Shown here one piece after another: positions 1 through 8,393 of a stretch of DNA of 51,960 nucleotides. The DNA lies in NCBI GenBank assembly GCA_016765095.1, contig JAESQQ010000050.1, positions 1 through 51,960 on the forward strand, in the 5' to 3' direction. Position 1 is the first letter of the stretch, and every line of letters begins with the position of its first letter. The position numbers were made by a program, and so were the translations under genes. The notes below the pieces were generated by a model. The model saw only the letters and a program-made list of their open reading frames with translations, ran no database searches and had not been told where the DNA came from. The DNA comes from Planctomycetota bacterium. GTDB lineage: Bacteria; Planctomycetota; J058.

Positions 1-2
1 CC

Positions 3-233
3 GCGGCCCGCTTGGGTGCTGGGGCGGCGGTCGAGCTGGTCGACGCGGAGCGGGGAACGCGCAGCGCTCGATTGCTGGGGGCAGCGGGCCTCGCGGCGGC
101 CGCGGGGGCTCGTTCGAAGCGCCTGGCTGAACTCAGAACCAAGCTCGAGGGGCAGGGAGTGGGGTGCTTGAGCCTGCCGACCGGGGATCCTTTCGAGCGC
201 TTGGCCGAGGTGCTGCTTCGTTCGCGGGCCTGA
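3..233 (+). CDS. 3' end of a gene that starts upstream of the window (hypothetical protein)
   Basis: Frame is open from the window edge to TGA 231-233 (track ORF 12-233). Ala/Leu/Arg-rich high-GC coding pattern. No motif recognised. Confidence 0.3.
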   Translation, partial: AARLGAGAAVELVDAERGTRSARLLGAAGLAAAAGARSKRLAELRTKLEGQGVGCLSLPTGDPFERLAEVLLRSRA

Positions 234-304
234 GGGCGGTCGGACAGCTTCGAGGGCCCCGCAATGGCGGGTCCGTGGTATCACCGGGCCCCGAGGAGGA
301 GCCC

Positions 305-1354
305 ATGTTCCAAGCCGCACGCCGATTCACCCTGATTCCCGCTTTGCTCTTGTGCTTGGGGGCGTTCGCCGCACCGGCCGAAGCCCAACCGCGGCCTCCG
401 CGGCCTCAGCCCGAGGCGCCCGAGGCCGAATACGACCGCTTGTTCATGGTCGGGCTCCAGGCCTTGACTGCTCGGAACCTCAAGGTCGGTGAGCGGGTCT
501 TCAAGCGCTGTATCAAGCTCTTCCCGGATCGAGCAGTCAGCTACTACAACCTGGCTTGCGCCTACGCGCTCCAAGGGAAAACGAGCGAGGCCGTCGCGCA
601 GATTCGAATCAGCTTTGAGAAGGGATTCCAGGACGTCTCGCACCTCGAGCGCGACATGGACCTCGAGAAGATTCGCCGCGCGCCGGCCTTTCGCAAGGCG
701 ATGAGCGACTTCAAGGAGCAGATCCTGCAGGAGTTCGACCGGCCGCTGACCTACCTTCCCGACAAGGGGAAGAAGGCGCCGATCTTGGTCGTGATCCACG
801 ATCAAGGGGGCAAGCCGACGAGCGACCTGATGGAGCTCCAGGAGGCCTTCCCGAGCTTCGCGATCGTAATGCCGCTCGGCAAGCTTGATCAGGCACGCAA
901 CGTTCACGTCTGGGACGGTCGCGCGGAGTTCGTGATCACTCACGGCCTGCGCCGCTTCCTCCGCGAGGAGGCCAAGAGAGTCGACGCGAATCGCCTGTTC
1001 GTGATCGGCGAGGGGGCTGCGGGTCGGATCGCGCTTCAAGTCTCGGCCCAGAATCCCGAACTCGTGACCGGCGGGGTGTTGGTCGCAGGCCCCGGTCTGG
1101 AAGTGGCCGCGAGCGACACCGACCTCTCGGGTCTGAGGGCCTACTTGGTCGTCAACGAGCAGGATCGCCGCGAGGTGATCGGCGGGATCCTGGCGCGGAA
1201 CGCCTTGGCCGAGGCCGATTGCCCGACCGTCCTCGAGCGCTACCGTCTCCCCAAGCCCTTCACCAAGGACCGGGCGGTGATGCTGCGCGGCCTCTCGTGG
1301 CTGCAGGGGAACCAGACGAGCCTCCCCGGCTCCAAGGGCTCCCGCGAGTTCTAG
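305..1354 (+). CDS. Secreted TPR + alpha/beta-hydrolase-fold (dienelactone hydrolase/carboxylesterase-like) protein
   Basis: Track ORF 164-1354. The internal ATG at 305 gives a signal peptide MFQAARRFTLIPALLLCLGAFAAPAEA. TPR-like YYNLACAYALQGK. Hydrolase-like PILVVIHDQGG and LFVIGEGAAG sit where a GxSxG nucleophile elbow is expected, and the Ser is absent. Confidence 0.7.
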   Translation: MFQAARRFTLIPALLLCLGAFAAPAEAQPRPPRPQPEAPEAEYDRLFMVGLQALTARNLKVGERVFKRCIKLFPDRAVSYYNLACAYALQGKTSEAVAQIRISFEKGFQDVSHLERDMDLEKIRRAPAFRKAMSDFKEQILQEFDRPLTYLPDKGKKAPILVVIHDQGGKPTSDLMELQEAFPSFAIVMPLGKLDQARNVHVWDGRAEFVITHGLRRFLREEAKRVDANRLFVIGEGAAGRIALQVSAQNPELVTGGVLVAGPGLEVAASDTDLSGLRAYLVVNEQDRREVIGGILARNALAEADCPTVLERYRLPKPFTKDRAVMLRGLSWLQGNQTSLPGSKGSREF

Positions 1355-1400
1355 CGGGACGCCTCGTTGCGGGAATCGCGTCGTGTCGCGGAGTGACGCT

Positions 1401-1838
1401 ATGAGTGATCCCGAGCTTGACTACGAGGAGGATCCTGGGGACCTCCCCGACGTGTTCGAGGCGCCCGATCGGGGCCTCCCGCTTGCGCCGCCCCCGGCGG
1501 CAGAAGGGGAACCCTTGCCGGTCGAGGGCTGCATTCGGTGCGGGAACTCCTGCCGCTCGATCTACCTCTGGCAAGGCGACCTGGGCGAGTTCAAGGAGCG
1601 CGACACCAAGAAGTGGGTCGACTACCACGAAGTCGAGACGTTCACGAAGGACATGCCGGACGGGAAGACCTTCTGGGGGATCAAGCTCGACAAGCCCTGC
1701 AAGCACCTGATCGAGACCGGGCCGAGCGAGTTCGGCTGCGCGATCTACGACCGGCGACCTTACGTCTGCCGGATCTACAAGGGGATCAACCCCGACGGGC
1801 CGCAGCCGGGGTGTGGGTTCAATCGGGAGGTACCGTGA
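1401..1838 (+). CDS. YkgJ/UPF0153-type cysteine-cluster protein
   Basis: CIRCGNSCRS ... CKHL ... CAIYDRRPYVCRIY cysteine pattern typical of the YkgJ zinc/iron-chelating family. GGAG lies ~9 nt before ATG 1401 (GTG 1383 is an alternative start). Confidence 0.75.
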   Translation: MSDPELDYEEDPGDLPDVFEAPDRGLPLAPPPAAEGEPLPVEGCIRCGNSCRSIYLWQGDLGEFKERDTKKWVDYHEVETFTKDMPDGKTFWGIKLDKPCKHLIETGPSEFGCAIYDRRPYVCRIYKGINPDGPQPGCGFNREVP

Positions 1839-2296
1839 AGTTCAAGGACCGACCAGTCGAGCCGGCACGCGAGGTCCCAGAGCGCGACGACGTTCACGTC
1901 GCCTCGAACCGCTGCCCGTTCTGCCATGAAGACGTCACGCCCGACGAGAGCGTGGCCTGTCAGGGGTGCTTGGCGCGGCACCACCGCGAGTGCTGGACGG
2001 AGTCGGGCGCGGCGTGCTCCTCGTGTGGGTCTGAGGTCTGCCTCGAGCCGGCCCAGAGGTCGGCGTCGGCTGCTGAGGTGGAGTCGACCAAGGACAGACC
2101 GATCTGGGTGCGCGGCTTGGGTTTCCTGGGCCTCTTTGCTTCGGTAGCAGTCGCCTTTAGGGTCCCGACCGACTCGCTCGCTCAGGTGGTGGTGGTGGTC
2201 TGCCTGGGGTTCGCGGGCTTGGCGTGGACGCAGTCACCGATTGGGACGACGCGTGCTTGGCTGAAGTTTCGCTCCAGAGGTGAGGAAGGCGAATGA
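1835..2296 (+). CDS. Zinc-ribbon membrane protein (hypothetical)
   Basis: GTG 1835 overlaps the upstream stop (GTGA). CPFCH...CQGC...HRECW...CSSCG knuckles are followed by two hydrophobic helices (LGFLGLFASVAVAF, VVVVVCLGFAGLAW). The 5' part of track ORF 1538-2296 is an out-of-frame overlap with the YkgJ gene. Confidence 0.55.
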   Translation: MKFKDRPVEPAREVPERDDVHVASNRCPFCHEDVTPDESVACQGCLARHHRECWTESGAACSSCGSEVCLEPAQRSASAAEVESTKDRPIWVRGLGFLGLFASVAVAFRVPTDSLAQVVVVVCLGFAGLAWTQSPIGTTRAWLKFRSRGEEGE

Positions 2297-2339
2297 TCGC
2301 AAGGCTGGAGCGGTCCACAGATCGAGCCGGTGATCGAGG

Positions 2340-2823
2340 CTACCTAGGGAACAAGTCGTCGTCGCCCTCTTGGCCGAGCAGCTGCCACCACAGGCCACCT
2401 CGAATCACCGCTCCATTCTCCGGCAGTCGACAGGGTCCGTAGGCCTGCGCCGTCGCTTCTTGGGAGCATGAAGGGGCTCGTCGGGCTGGGCACCGACGTA
2501 GGCTGCTACGGCGACAGCCTGCCCCAGGCTCTCCGCGCCTCAGTGATACAGAGCAGCGCATTGCCCGCGCTCGGGTCGGCCAGCCACTCTCGCGCCACGA
2601 TTCGGCAACGGCGGAGGGGTTCCAAGTCTTCGTCGAGCCTGGTCGCTCCGTTCCTGCGAGCCACGCGGGTCCACCAGTTCAGGAGAACCCCTCCCGCAGC
2701 AAGCATGATCCGGAGTCCGTCTTCCCGGTGGACCAGGCCTAGCGAGGCTTGTCGAGCCGGGTGCGGAGATACGAGGCGTCCTGTGCCCTCCGCAGTTAGG
2801 CTGGACGGGTGCCCCCTCGCCAT
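2340..2823 (-). pseudogene. Decayed paralogue of the 8394-9176 gene (multiple frameshifts, N-terminus missing)
   Basis: Track ORF 2506-2823 (RIMLAAGGVLLNWW...RRCRIVAREWLADPSAGNALLCITEARRAW) aligns with RIMRAAQRRVLDWW...RRCQVVSGEWFADPSAANALCCLSAARAAW of the 8394-9176 protein. After its stop, homology continues in a second frame (SLGQAVAVAAYVGAQPDEPLHAPKKRRR vs ALGK..SAVVAFLGARHDEPLRAPEKRRR) and then weakly in a third (track ORF 2340-2561). Confidence 0.7.
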
Positions 2824-4392
2824 GTCGTCCTAATCCGACCCCCTGTGGTCGCTGCCCCCAACTCCTATAGCTCTCCCGTGACGCCACCGCTCGCGCTGGC
2901 CTATCTGGCGGGATCCCTCCGTGCGGCGGGTCTCCGGGTGACGGCCGTCGACGGGCTGGGCGAAGCGATCGACGACGTTTGGCCTCATCACGAGCCCGAG
3001 TGTCGAGTGCGCGGACTGACGATCCCCGAGATCGTGGCTCGGATTCCGGCCGACCCCGATCTGATCGGACTCTCGTGCATGTTCAGCCAGGCCTGGCTCT
3101 TTGTGCGCCAACTCGTCGAGGCCGTCGCGGTGCGTTTCCCAAACGTCCCGCTCGTGATTGGTGGCGAGCACGCGACCGCAGTCCCTGAGTTGATCTTGAA
3201 CACCTGCCCAGGGGTTGGTGCCTGCGCGCTCGGCGAGGGCGAGGGCACGATCGTCGACCTCGCGCATCACTTCCCTCAAGAGCCCGAGCGGGTCGCTGGA
3301 ATCGTCTACCGAAACAGCGAGGGGACCCCCGTCCGATCCCAGGGGCGCGCGCGGATTCAGGACGTGTCGGGGATCGCTCGTCCGGCGTGGGACTTGCTCC
3401 CGCTCGAGAATTACCTCAGCCGGCCCTTCGCGTCCGGCACCAACGCTGGGCGGACGATGCCGATCCTGGCGACCCGCGGTTGCCCCTACAAGTGCTCGTT
3501 CTGCTCGAGCCCGCAAATGTGGACTCAGCGCTACTACCCGCGCCCGCCGATTGAAGTCGTTGAGGAGATCGAGGACTACGTTCGCGAATACCAAGTCGAC
3601 TGCGTCGAGTTCTACGACTTGACCGCGATCGTGAAGAAGGAGTGGGTGATCGAGTTCGGAACGCTCCTCAAGGAGCGAGGCCTGAACATCTCGTGGTCCC
3701 TTCCCTCGGGGACCCGCTCCGAGGCGCTCGACGGTGAGGTGACCAAGCTCCTCGCCGAGACCGGCTGCCGCTACCTGGTCTACGCGGCGGAGTCGGGCTC
3801 TCCGCGTGTCCTCAAGGCGATCCACAAGAAGGTCAAGTTGCCTCGGATGGTGGAGTCGATTCGCGAAGCGAGGCGCAACGGGCTGCGTCTTCGCTGCAAC
3901 CTCATGATCGGCTTGCCGAAGGAGGAGCGGAGCGACGCCTGGCAGACGATGCGCTTTCAGGCTCGCTTGGCGCTGCTGGGTGTCGACGACGTTCCGCTCT
4001 ACATGTTCTCTCCCTATCCCGGCAGCGAGCTCTTCGAAGACCTGCGGAAGAAGGGTGTGATCGGGGAACTCAACGACGACTACTTCCGCAGCCTCCTCTG
4101 CCAAATGGACTTGACCACCAGCAGCAGCTACTGCGAGAGCATGTCGCCGACGGAGTTGGCCATGTATCGGGTGATCGGAATGTCGACGTTCTACGGGCTC
4201 AGCTACGCCACTCGCCCTTGGCGCGCCCTGCGGACTCTGCGGAACCTGTTCGTCACCGGGCGCAGCGACACGGTCTTCGAGCAGCGAATCGCCGAGGGGC
4301 TTCGCCGTCGGAAGCGGAGCCTTAGCGCGCGGATCGGATTCGCGACCTACGAGCCCTCCGCTGTTGCCGAGCCCGCCCCGGTTGCCGGGTAG
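2809..4392 (+). CDS. B12-binding-domain radical SAM protein
   Basis: The N-terminal Rossmann-like region (VVLIRPP..., IGLSCMF, VIGGEHAT) resembles a cobalamin-binding domain. A CPYKCSFCSS radical-SAM CxxxCxxC motif follows. 527 aa, uninterrupted. Confidence 0.85.
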   Translation: MPPRHVVLIRPPVVAAPNSYSSPVTPPLALAYLAGSLRAAGLRVTAVDGLGEAIDDVWPHHEPECRVRGLTIPEIVARIPADPDLIGLSCMFSQAWLFVRQLVEAVAVRFPNVPLVIGGEHATAVPELILNTCPGVGACALGEGEGTIVDLAHHFPQEPERVAGIVYRNSEGTPVRSQGRARIQDVSGIARPAWDLLPLENYLSRPFASGTNAGRTMPILATRGCPYKCSFCSSPQMWTQRYYPRPPIEVVEEIEDYVREYQVDCVEFYDLTAIVKKEWVIEFGTLLKERGLNISWSLPSGTRSEALDGEVTKLLAETGCRYLVYAAESGSPRVLKAIHKKVKLPRMVESIREARRNGLRLRCNLMIGLPKEERSDAWQTMRFQARLALLGVDDVPLYMFSPYPGSELFEDLRKKGVIGELNDDYFRSLLCQMDLTTSSSYCESMSPTELAMYRVIGMSTFYGLSYATRPWRALRTLRNLFVTGRSDTVFEQRIAEGLRRRKRSLSARIGFATYEPSAVAEPAPVAG

Positions 4393-4448
4393 CTGAATTG
4401 ACAGATTCGATTCGATAGGCTCTGCCCCAACGATTGAGGGAGGACTCT

Positions 4449-4877
4449 ATGAAGTCTGTGAAACGTCGCGTGGTCCCGTTTGTCTTGCTAGTTGGTGTCG
4501 CTCTGGCCGGAGCCTTCGGGGTGGGCGTGAGCCAGGCCCAGGAAAAGCGGAAGAGCATTGTTGGCACCTGGAAGATCAAGGGCTGGAACGCCGGGCGAGA
4601 AAAAGTCGGCAAGCCCAACTATGTCGGAACGGTCGAGGTCGAGAAGAAGAACGCCAAGGGCTGCTACAAGCTGACCTGGAGGATCGGCAAGAGCGTGCAG
4701 TCTGGGGTCGCGGTCTACGACCGCAAGAGCGGCGTGCTCGGTGCGGCCTACGTTCTCAATGGCAAGCCAGGCGTCGTCCTCTACCGACCGGATGACACGG
4801 GCGACAAGCTCGAAGGCCTCTGGACCCTCAAGGGCGCGCTGGATCGGCCCCCCGGGTTCGAGCAGTGGCGTCGATAG
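4449..4877 (+). CDS. Small secreted protein (hypothetical)
   Basis: GAGGGAGG precedes ATG 4449. Signal peptide MKSVKRRVVPFVLLVGVALAGAFGVGVSQA. Beta-rich Lys/Gly-rich mature part with no known motif. Confidence 0.65.
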   Translation: MKSVKRRVVPFVLLVGVALAGAFGVGVSQAQEKRKSIVGTWKIKGWNAGREKVGKPNYVGTVEVEKKNAKGCYKLTWRIGKSVQSGVAVYDRKSGVLGAAYVLNGKPGVVLYRPDDTGDKLEGLWTLKGALDRPPGFEQWRR

Positions 4878-4910
4878 CGCCTGCGGTTCACTGGACGGCC
4901 TGCCTTTGAC

Positions 4911-6458
4911 TCAGCGCAGCGCAACGCCTGTGTTTGGGTCGACTCGGATCCCGAGGGCTTCGGTCTCCTTCACGTAGAAGGCGAAGCAATACATCATCTC
5001 TTCGTTGGTCTGGAGGCCGTAGCGGACGGTCTTGCTCGGGTCGGGGTTGAAGGGGTTGAACTTCGAATTGTCGAAGTGAGCCACACAATCGATTCGGGTC
5101 CCCTTCGGGAACCGTTTGGGGGTCTTAAAGGCGTAGGCGGTCTGCCAGTCGAAGCTGTAGTTGGGGACCCGGAGCAGAGTCTCCGCGCGCCCGTCGGGGT
5201 AGGTGGCTCGGAACGTGACGTCCTTGCCCCGGACGTGCATGTGCGCGAACAGGCCGCCTGAGATCACGGTCTCGGCGAAGGTGTAGCTCGCCGTGACCCG
5301 GTGGTGGGGGGCGCCTGGAGGAATCGCGAACGTGCGGTTCTCAATGGTCGCGGCCCGGAATCGCTTCTGGACCGGCGCCTTGGGGAAAACGAGACCGATC
5401 GAGATCCGGTCTTCGACGGCGGTTCCGTTGGGTTGGTAGTGGATCTGGAGCCCGAGCAGCGCGCCTTTGGGGATCAGCGTCGCGACCCCTGGACCGAGGT
5501 CGAGCGGGCTGCCGCCAGGGACCTTGCCAGCGACGATCTGGGAGCTGTCGAAGGCCTTCCCCGGGCGGAGGAAGAACACGTTGCAGTGGTGCAGAACCTC
5601 GGGGTTGTCCCCGACGATCTCGAGCTTCTCGACCCAGGTGTCCTGGTCGAAGCGGTGCTTGAGCATCACGTATTGATAGGGCATGTACCCGTCGGCGCGG
5701 ACCTTGATCGGCCGGCGCATCCGGATCTCCAAGTCTGGCTTGCCGATCGACCACTTGCTCTTGGGGAAGGCTTGGAGGGGGGGATCTTCGTCGCGTCGCC
5801 TTTGCGCATGCCCGAGCGAACCCAGTCCACGATCCGGCGCCGCTCGTCGGCCGAGAGGCCGCGGTGGTTGCTGAACTCCTTGGCGCCTTGCTCCGCGAAC
5901 CAGGGAGGCATCCGACGCTCGGCGACGACCTCCGCGATCATGGCCCCGACCCGAGCCACGTTCTCGTAGCCGACCAGGGCGGAGACCGCCGAACTTGACC
6001 TGGTCGTCGATTCGCCCGCGATAGCGCAACACGAGCTTGGCGTCGAGGAGCGCGACCTCAGGAGTCCGCGTGACTCCCAGCGCGCGGGCGGCCCGGCCGC
6101 CTGTGTCCTTGACGATCGGCATTGGCAGGTCGTGGCTGAGGGCGAACGCAGCCATTCGGCCAATGTCGCGGTCTGGGTCTGCCGAGACGACGAGGAACTG
6201 CACTCCTCGCTTGGAGTAGAGCGCGTGGAGTCGCTTGATCTCGGGCAGGTAGCGCTTGGCGATCGGGCAGGAGTCGGTCACGAACAGGAGCACGAACGCG
6301 CGCTTGGGTCCGAACTCAGCGAGTGTCCGGGGAGAGTAGCGCGTGTCCTTGAACACGAGGCCCTGGACCGGCGCGCCCGCCTTGGGGCGCTCGGTGTCTT
6401 GAGCCAGGGCGAGCGAGAGCAGGCAGAGCGTCGCGAGCAGGAGGCGGGAGGCGTGCAT
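4911..6458 (-). pseudogene. Redoxin (thioredoxin-fold) / PHM-like (copper monooxygenase C-terminal-like) secreted protein, disrupted by two frame changes
   Basis: The N-terminal 157 aa (signal peptide, FVTDSCPIAKRYLPE, RGRIDDQ) and the C-terminal ~285 aa (WSIGKPDLEIRM...HHCNVFF...HMHVRGKD...) are in one frame. The conserved middle (LVGYENVARVGAMIAEVVAERRMPPWFAEQGAKEFSNHRGLSADERRRIVDWVRSGMRKGD) is only readable in track ORF 5666-6163. Frame changes lie at ~5975-5995 and in the G7/C7 run at 5777-5783. Confidence 0.75.
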
Positions 6459-6461
6459 GGC

Positions 6462-7520
6462 TTACTCCTCTTCGCCGCGAGGCACAGGCTTGACCGAAGC
6501 GGCGATCTGGAGCAGCTCGGGATAGGGAAGGTTCCCGATCAGGGTCAGGGCGGTGTTCTCGACGGACCAGCTCACGATCGTGAACCCGAGCGCGAAGTTC
6601 AGGACGCCTTCCTCCCCGCCGATCGGGACCGGGATCCCGATCTCGGGGACGAGGATTGGACCCATGTTCGGCAGTTCGCTCAGGGAGAGCCATGCGGCGC
6701 CCTTGTTCATGAGGAGCGCCGCCATTTGGGTCTCCTGGTTGTTGCTCAGGACGATCTTTCGAATCCGGTGCCCTGCAGGCAGCTTGCTGGGCACGAGGAG
6801 CGGGAACTTTGTCCGCTCCTGGGCCTCTTCGAGCGTGACCCCGGGAGCGTCTAGGTCCCATTCGTGCACGACCGCGTCGCTTGGGAACTCGAACGCGAAG
6901 GTCTCCTCGGGGACCTCGACGCCGAACGCGATCGGGCCCAAGGCCATGCCATACCACTCGTGATCGGGCTCGTTCTCGATCCGGATCTTGAGAGGCACGC
7001 CGAACTGGTCGTCTAGCCAAGCCCGATAGGGATAGCGGAAGAGACGGGGCTCGCTGGGGACGCCGAGCCACTGACGGACCTTGCGTCCTCTCTCGACGCT
7101 GGAGCCCTTGTTGGAGTAGTCGTAGTTCTCGACGGCCCAATAGCAGCTGTCCAAGATCGCCTGGTCGATGGCCTGTTTACTGGGGATCTTGACTCCACGG
7201 ATCCGGAGCCCGAAGTAGTAGCGAGGCCACCACATGGAGATCGTTGAGCCGTCGAAGACGAAGAGCTCCCCGGCGTGATCGTCGGGCGCTGTGACCTCGA
7301 CTCGCACCTTCCAGAGGCGCGAGTAGGCGATGGTCTTGACCACGTCCGTCCCCGGCTCGTCGCGGAGGAGTCCGCGCTCGGTGAGGGTCCCTCGGTAGCT
7401 GTGAAGGGTATGGAGCCCGACCGAGGCCTGGTGGGCCATGATGTGGGCTTGCATTGTCGTGCAGGAGGTAGCGAGCAGGGCGCCTGTGACCAGAGCGCCC
7501 GCGAGGATCGTGCTCCTCAT
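6462..7520 (-). CDS. Lipoprotein (hypothetical, possibly LolA/RseB-like fold)
   Basis: Lipobox MRSTILAGALVTGALLATSC. The start overlaps the TetR stop (ATGA at 7517-7520) and the stop is 4 nt before the redoxin gene. The fold guess is weak. Confidence 0.7.
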   Translation of the reverse strand: MRSTILAGALVTGALLATSCTTMQAHIMAHQASVGLHTLHSYRGTLTERGLLRDEPGTDVVKTIAYSRLWKVRVEVTAPDDHAGELFVFDGSTISMWWPRYYFGLRIRGVKIPSKQAIDQAILDSCYWAVENYDYSNKGSSVERGRKVRQWLGVPSEPRLFRYPYRAWLDDQFGVPLKIRIENEPDHEWYGMALGPIAFGVEVPEETFAFEFPSDAVVHEWDLDAPGVTLEEAQERTKFPLLVPSKLPAGHRIRKIVLSNNQETQMAALLMNKGAAWLSLSELPNMGPILVPEIGIPVPIGGEEGVLNFALGFTIVSWSVENTALTLIGNLPYPELLQIAASVKPVPRGEEE

Positions 7521-8131
7521 GAGCTCTCCTTGCTCAGGCCTCGCTGGAAGATCGCGGCCATGGCCTTGAGGGCTTCGCCCTCTCCGAGGCCCAAGTGTCC
7601 CTCGGCCCCGATCATTCTCTCGACGATGAAGAAGTTGAAGAACTGCATGTAGACCATTGTGAAGGCCATGACCGGGTCGACCCCGCTCGCCAACTGGTCG
7701 GTTTCGACTCGACCCTCGAGCGCTTCTCCAAAGCGGGCCGCGAGGCCGCGGTAGTAGGGTCGCACATGACGTCCACCGAACTCGGCGAGGTCTACGTAGA
7801 TCAGCGTCAGGTAGTCGGTGTGTTGCTCGGCCATTTCCCCGACGGCTCGGGCCAGTCCTTCCAAGTCGCTCGGGAATCGGCAGGTCAGCAGGAACCGGCC
7901 CAAGGGGGAGCCGGGAGCAGTGAACTCAGCGTGCAGCCGCTGGAGGATCGAGTCGAAGAGCTGCTCCTTAGCCTTGTAGTAGTTGTAGATATTGCCGAGG
8001 GAGACCCCCGCCTCCGCAGCGATCTGGCGGAGGCCCACGCCGTGAAAGCCCCTTGCCTTGAACAGCCGGACGGCGGCCTCTTCGACCCGCCGCATTCGCT
8101 TCTCGATTTGATCCTGAGCCAGCTTGGGCAT
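7517..8131 (-). CDS. TetR/AcrR family transcriptional regulator
   Basis: N-terminal HTH RVEEAAVRLFKARGFHGVGLRQIAAEAGVSLGNIYNYYKAKEQLF. GGAGG lies 5-6 nt before ATG 8131, so the longer track start at 8197 is unlikely. Confidence 0.9.
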   Translation of the reverse strand: MPKLAQDQIEKRMRRVEEAAVRLFKARGFHGVGLRQIAAEAGVSLGNIYNYYKAKEQLFDSILQRLHAEFTAPGSPLGRFLLTCRFPSDLEGLARAVGEMAEQHTDYLTLIYVDLAEFGGRHVRPYYRGLAARFGEALEGRVETDQLASGVDPVMAFTMVYMQFFNFFIVERMIGAEGHLGLGEGEALKAMAAIFQRGLSKESS

Positions 8132-8162
8132 TCGGCCTCCAATAAAAGACGAACGTCCGTTT

Positions 8163-8168
8163 TTTATA
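8163..8168 (-). promoter_or_regulatory. Candidate -10 box (TATAAA) for the TetR operon
   Basis: An AT-rich patch unusual for this GC content (minus strand CACTATAAAAAACGGACGTTCGTC) lies ~32 nt upstream of ATG 8131 and is followed by a short GACG-TT-CGTC dyad. Confidence 0.3.
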
Positions 8169-8236
8169 GTGTTGAGCGAGGAGCGCGTCAACTCCATTGT
8201 GAGTCTGGCTTGCTGGGGCTAGACTTAAGTCCTCCG

Positions 8237-8340
8237 TCGAGGCTACACGTGTAGCCTCGACGACCGGTGGAAGGCTAAACGTGTAGCCCTGGCCGACCCG
8301 TGGAAGGCTACACGTGTAGCCTTGGCCGACCGGTGGAGGC
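8237..8340. repeat. About 3.5 tandem copies of a ~32-bp unit, each containing the palindrome GGCTACACGTGTAGCC
   Basis: TCGAGGCTACACGTGTAGCCTCGA at 8237-8260 (24-bp perfect palindrome), GGCTAAACGTGTAGCC at 8273-8288 (1 mismatch), GGCTACACGTGTAGCC at 8306-8321. The linker CGACCGGTGGAA recurs between copies and once more at 8327-8338. Confidence 0.9.
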
Positions 8341-8393
8341 TGATCAGAGGGGGGCCCCGCAGACCGCCACTCACTTCTGGACTTGTAGCGACC

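Noticed and set aside
2830-4104. Long antisense or alternative-frame ORFs in the track (e.g. 281-1039 -, 2830-4104 -, 11126-11893 +, 13227-13850 +, 13973-14617 -, 15171-15809 -, 29269-30270 -, 29118-30107 +, 31039-31782 -, 39362-40264 +, 40401-41495 -, 44096-45181 -, 46619-47161 +, 48422-49132 -)
   Set aside because: They lie opposite or out of frame to ORFs with clear domain motifs. They have Arg/Pro/Gly/Ser-rich low-complexity translations typical of non-coding frames in high-GC DNA, and they lack motifs.
2809-4877. B12-radical SAM gene plus the downstream small secreted protein as a RiPP cluster
   Set aside because: No short precursor-like ORF, protease, transporter or RRE-type partner is adjacent. 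The 143-aa secreted protein is too large and has an ordinary Sec signal.
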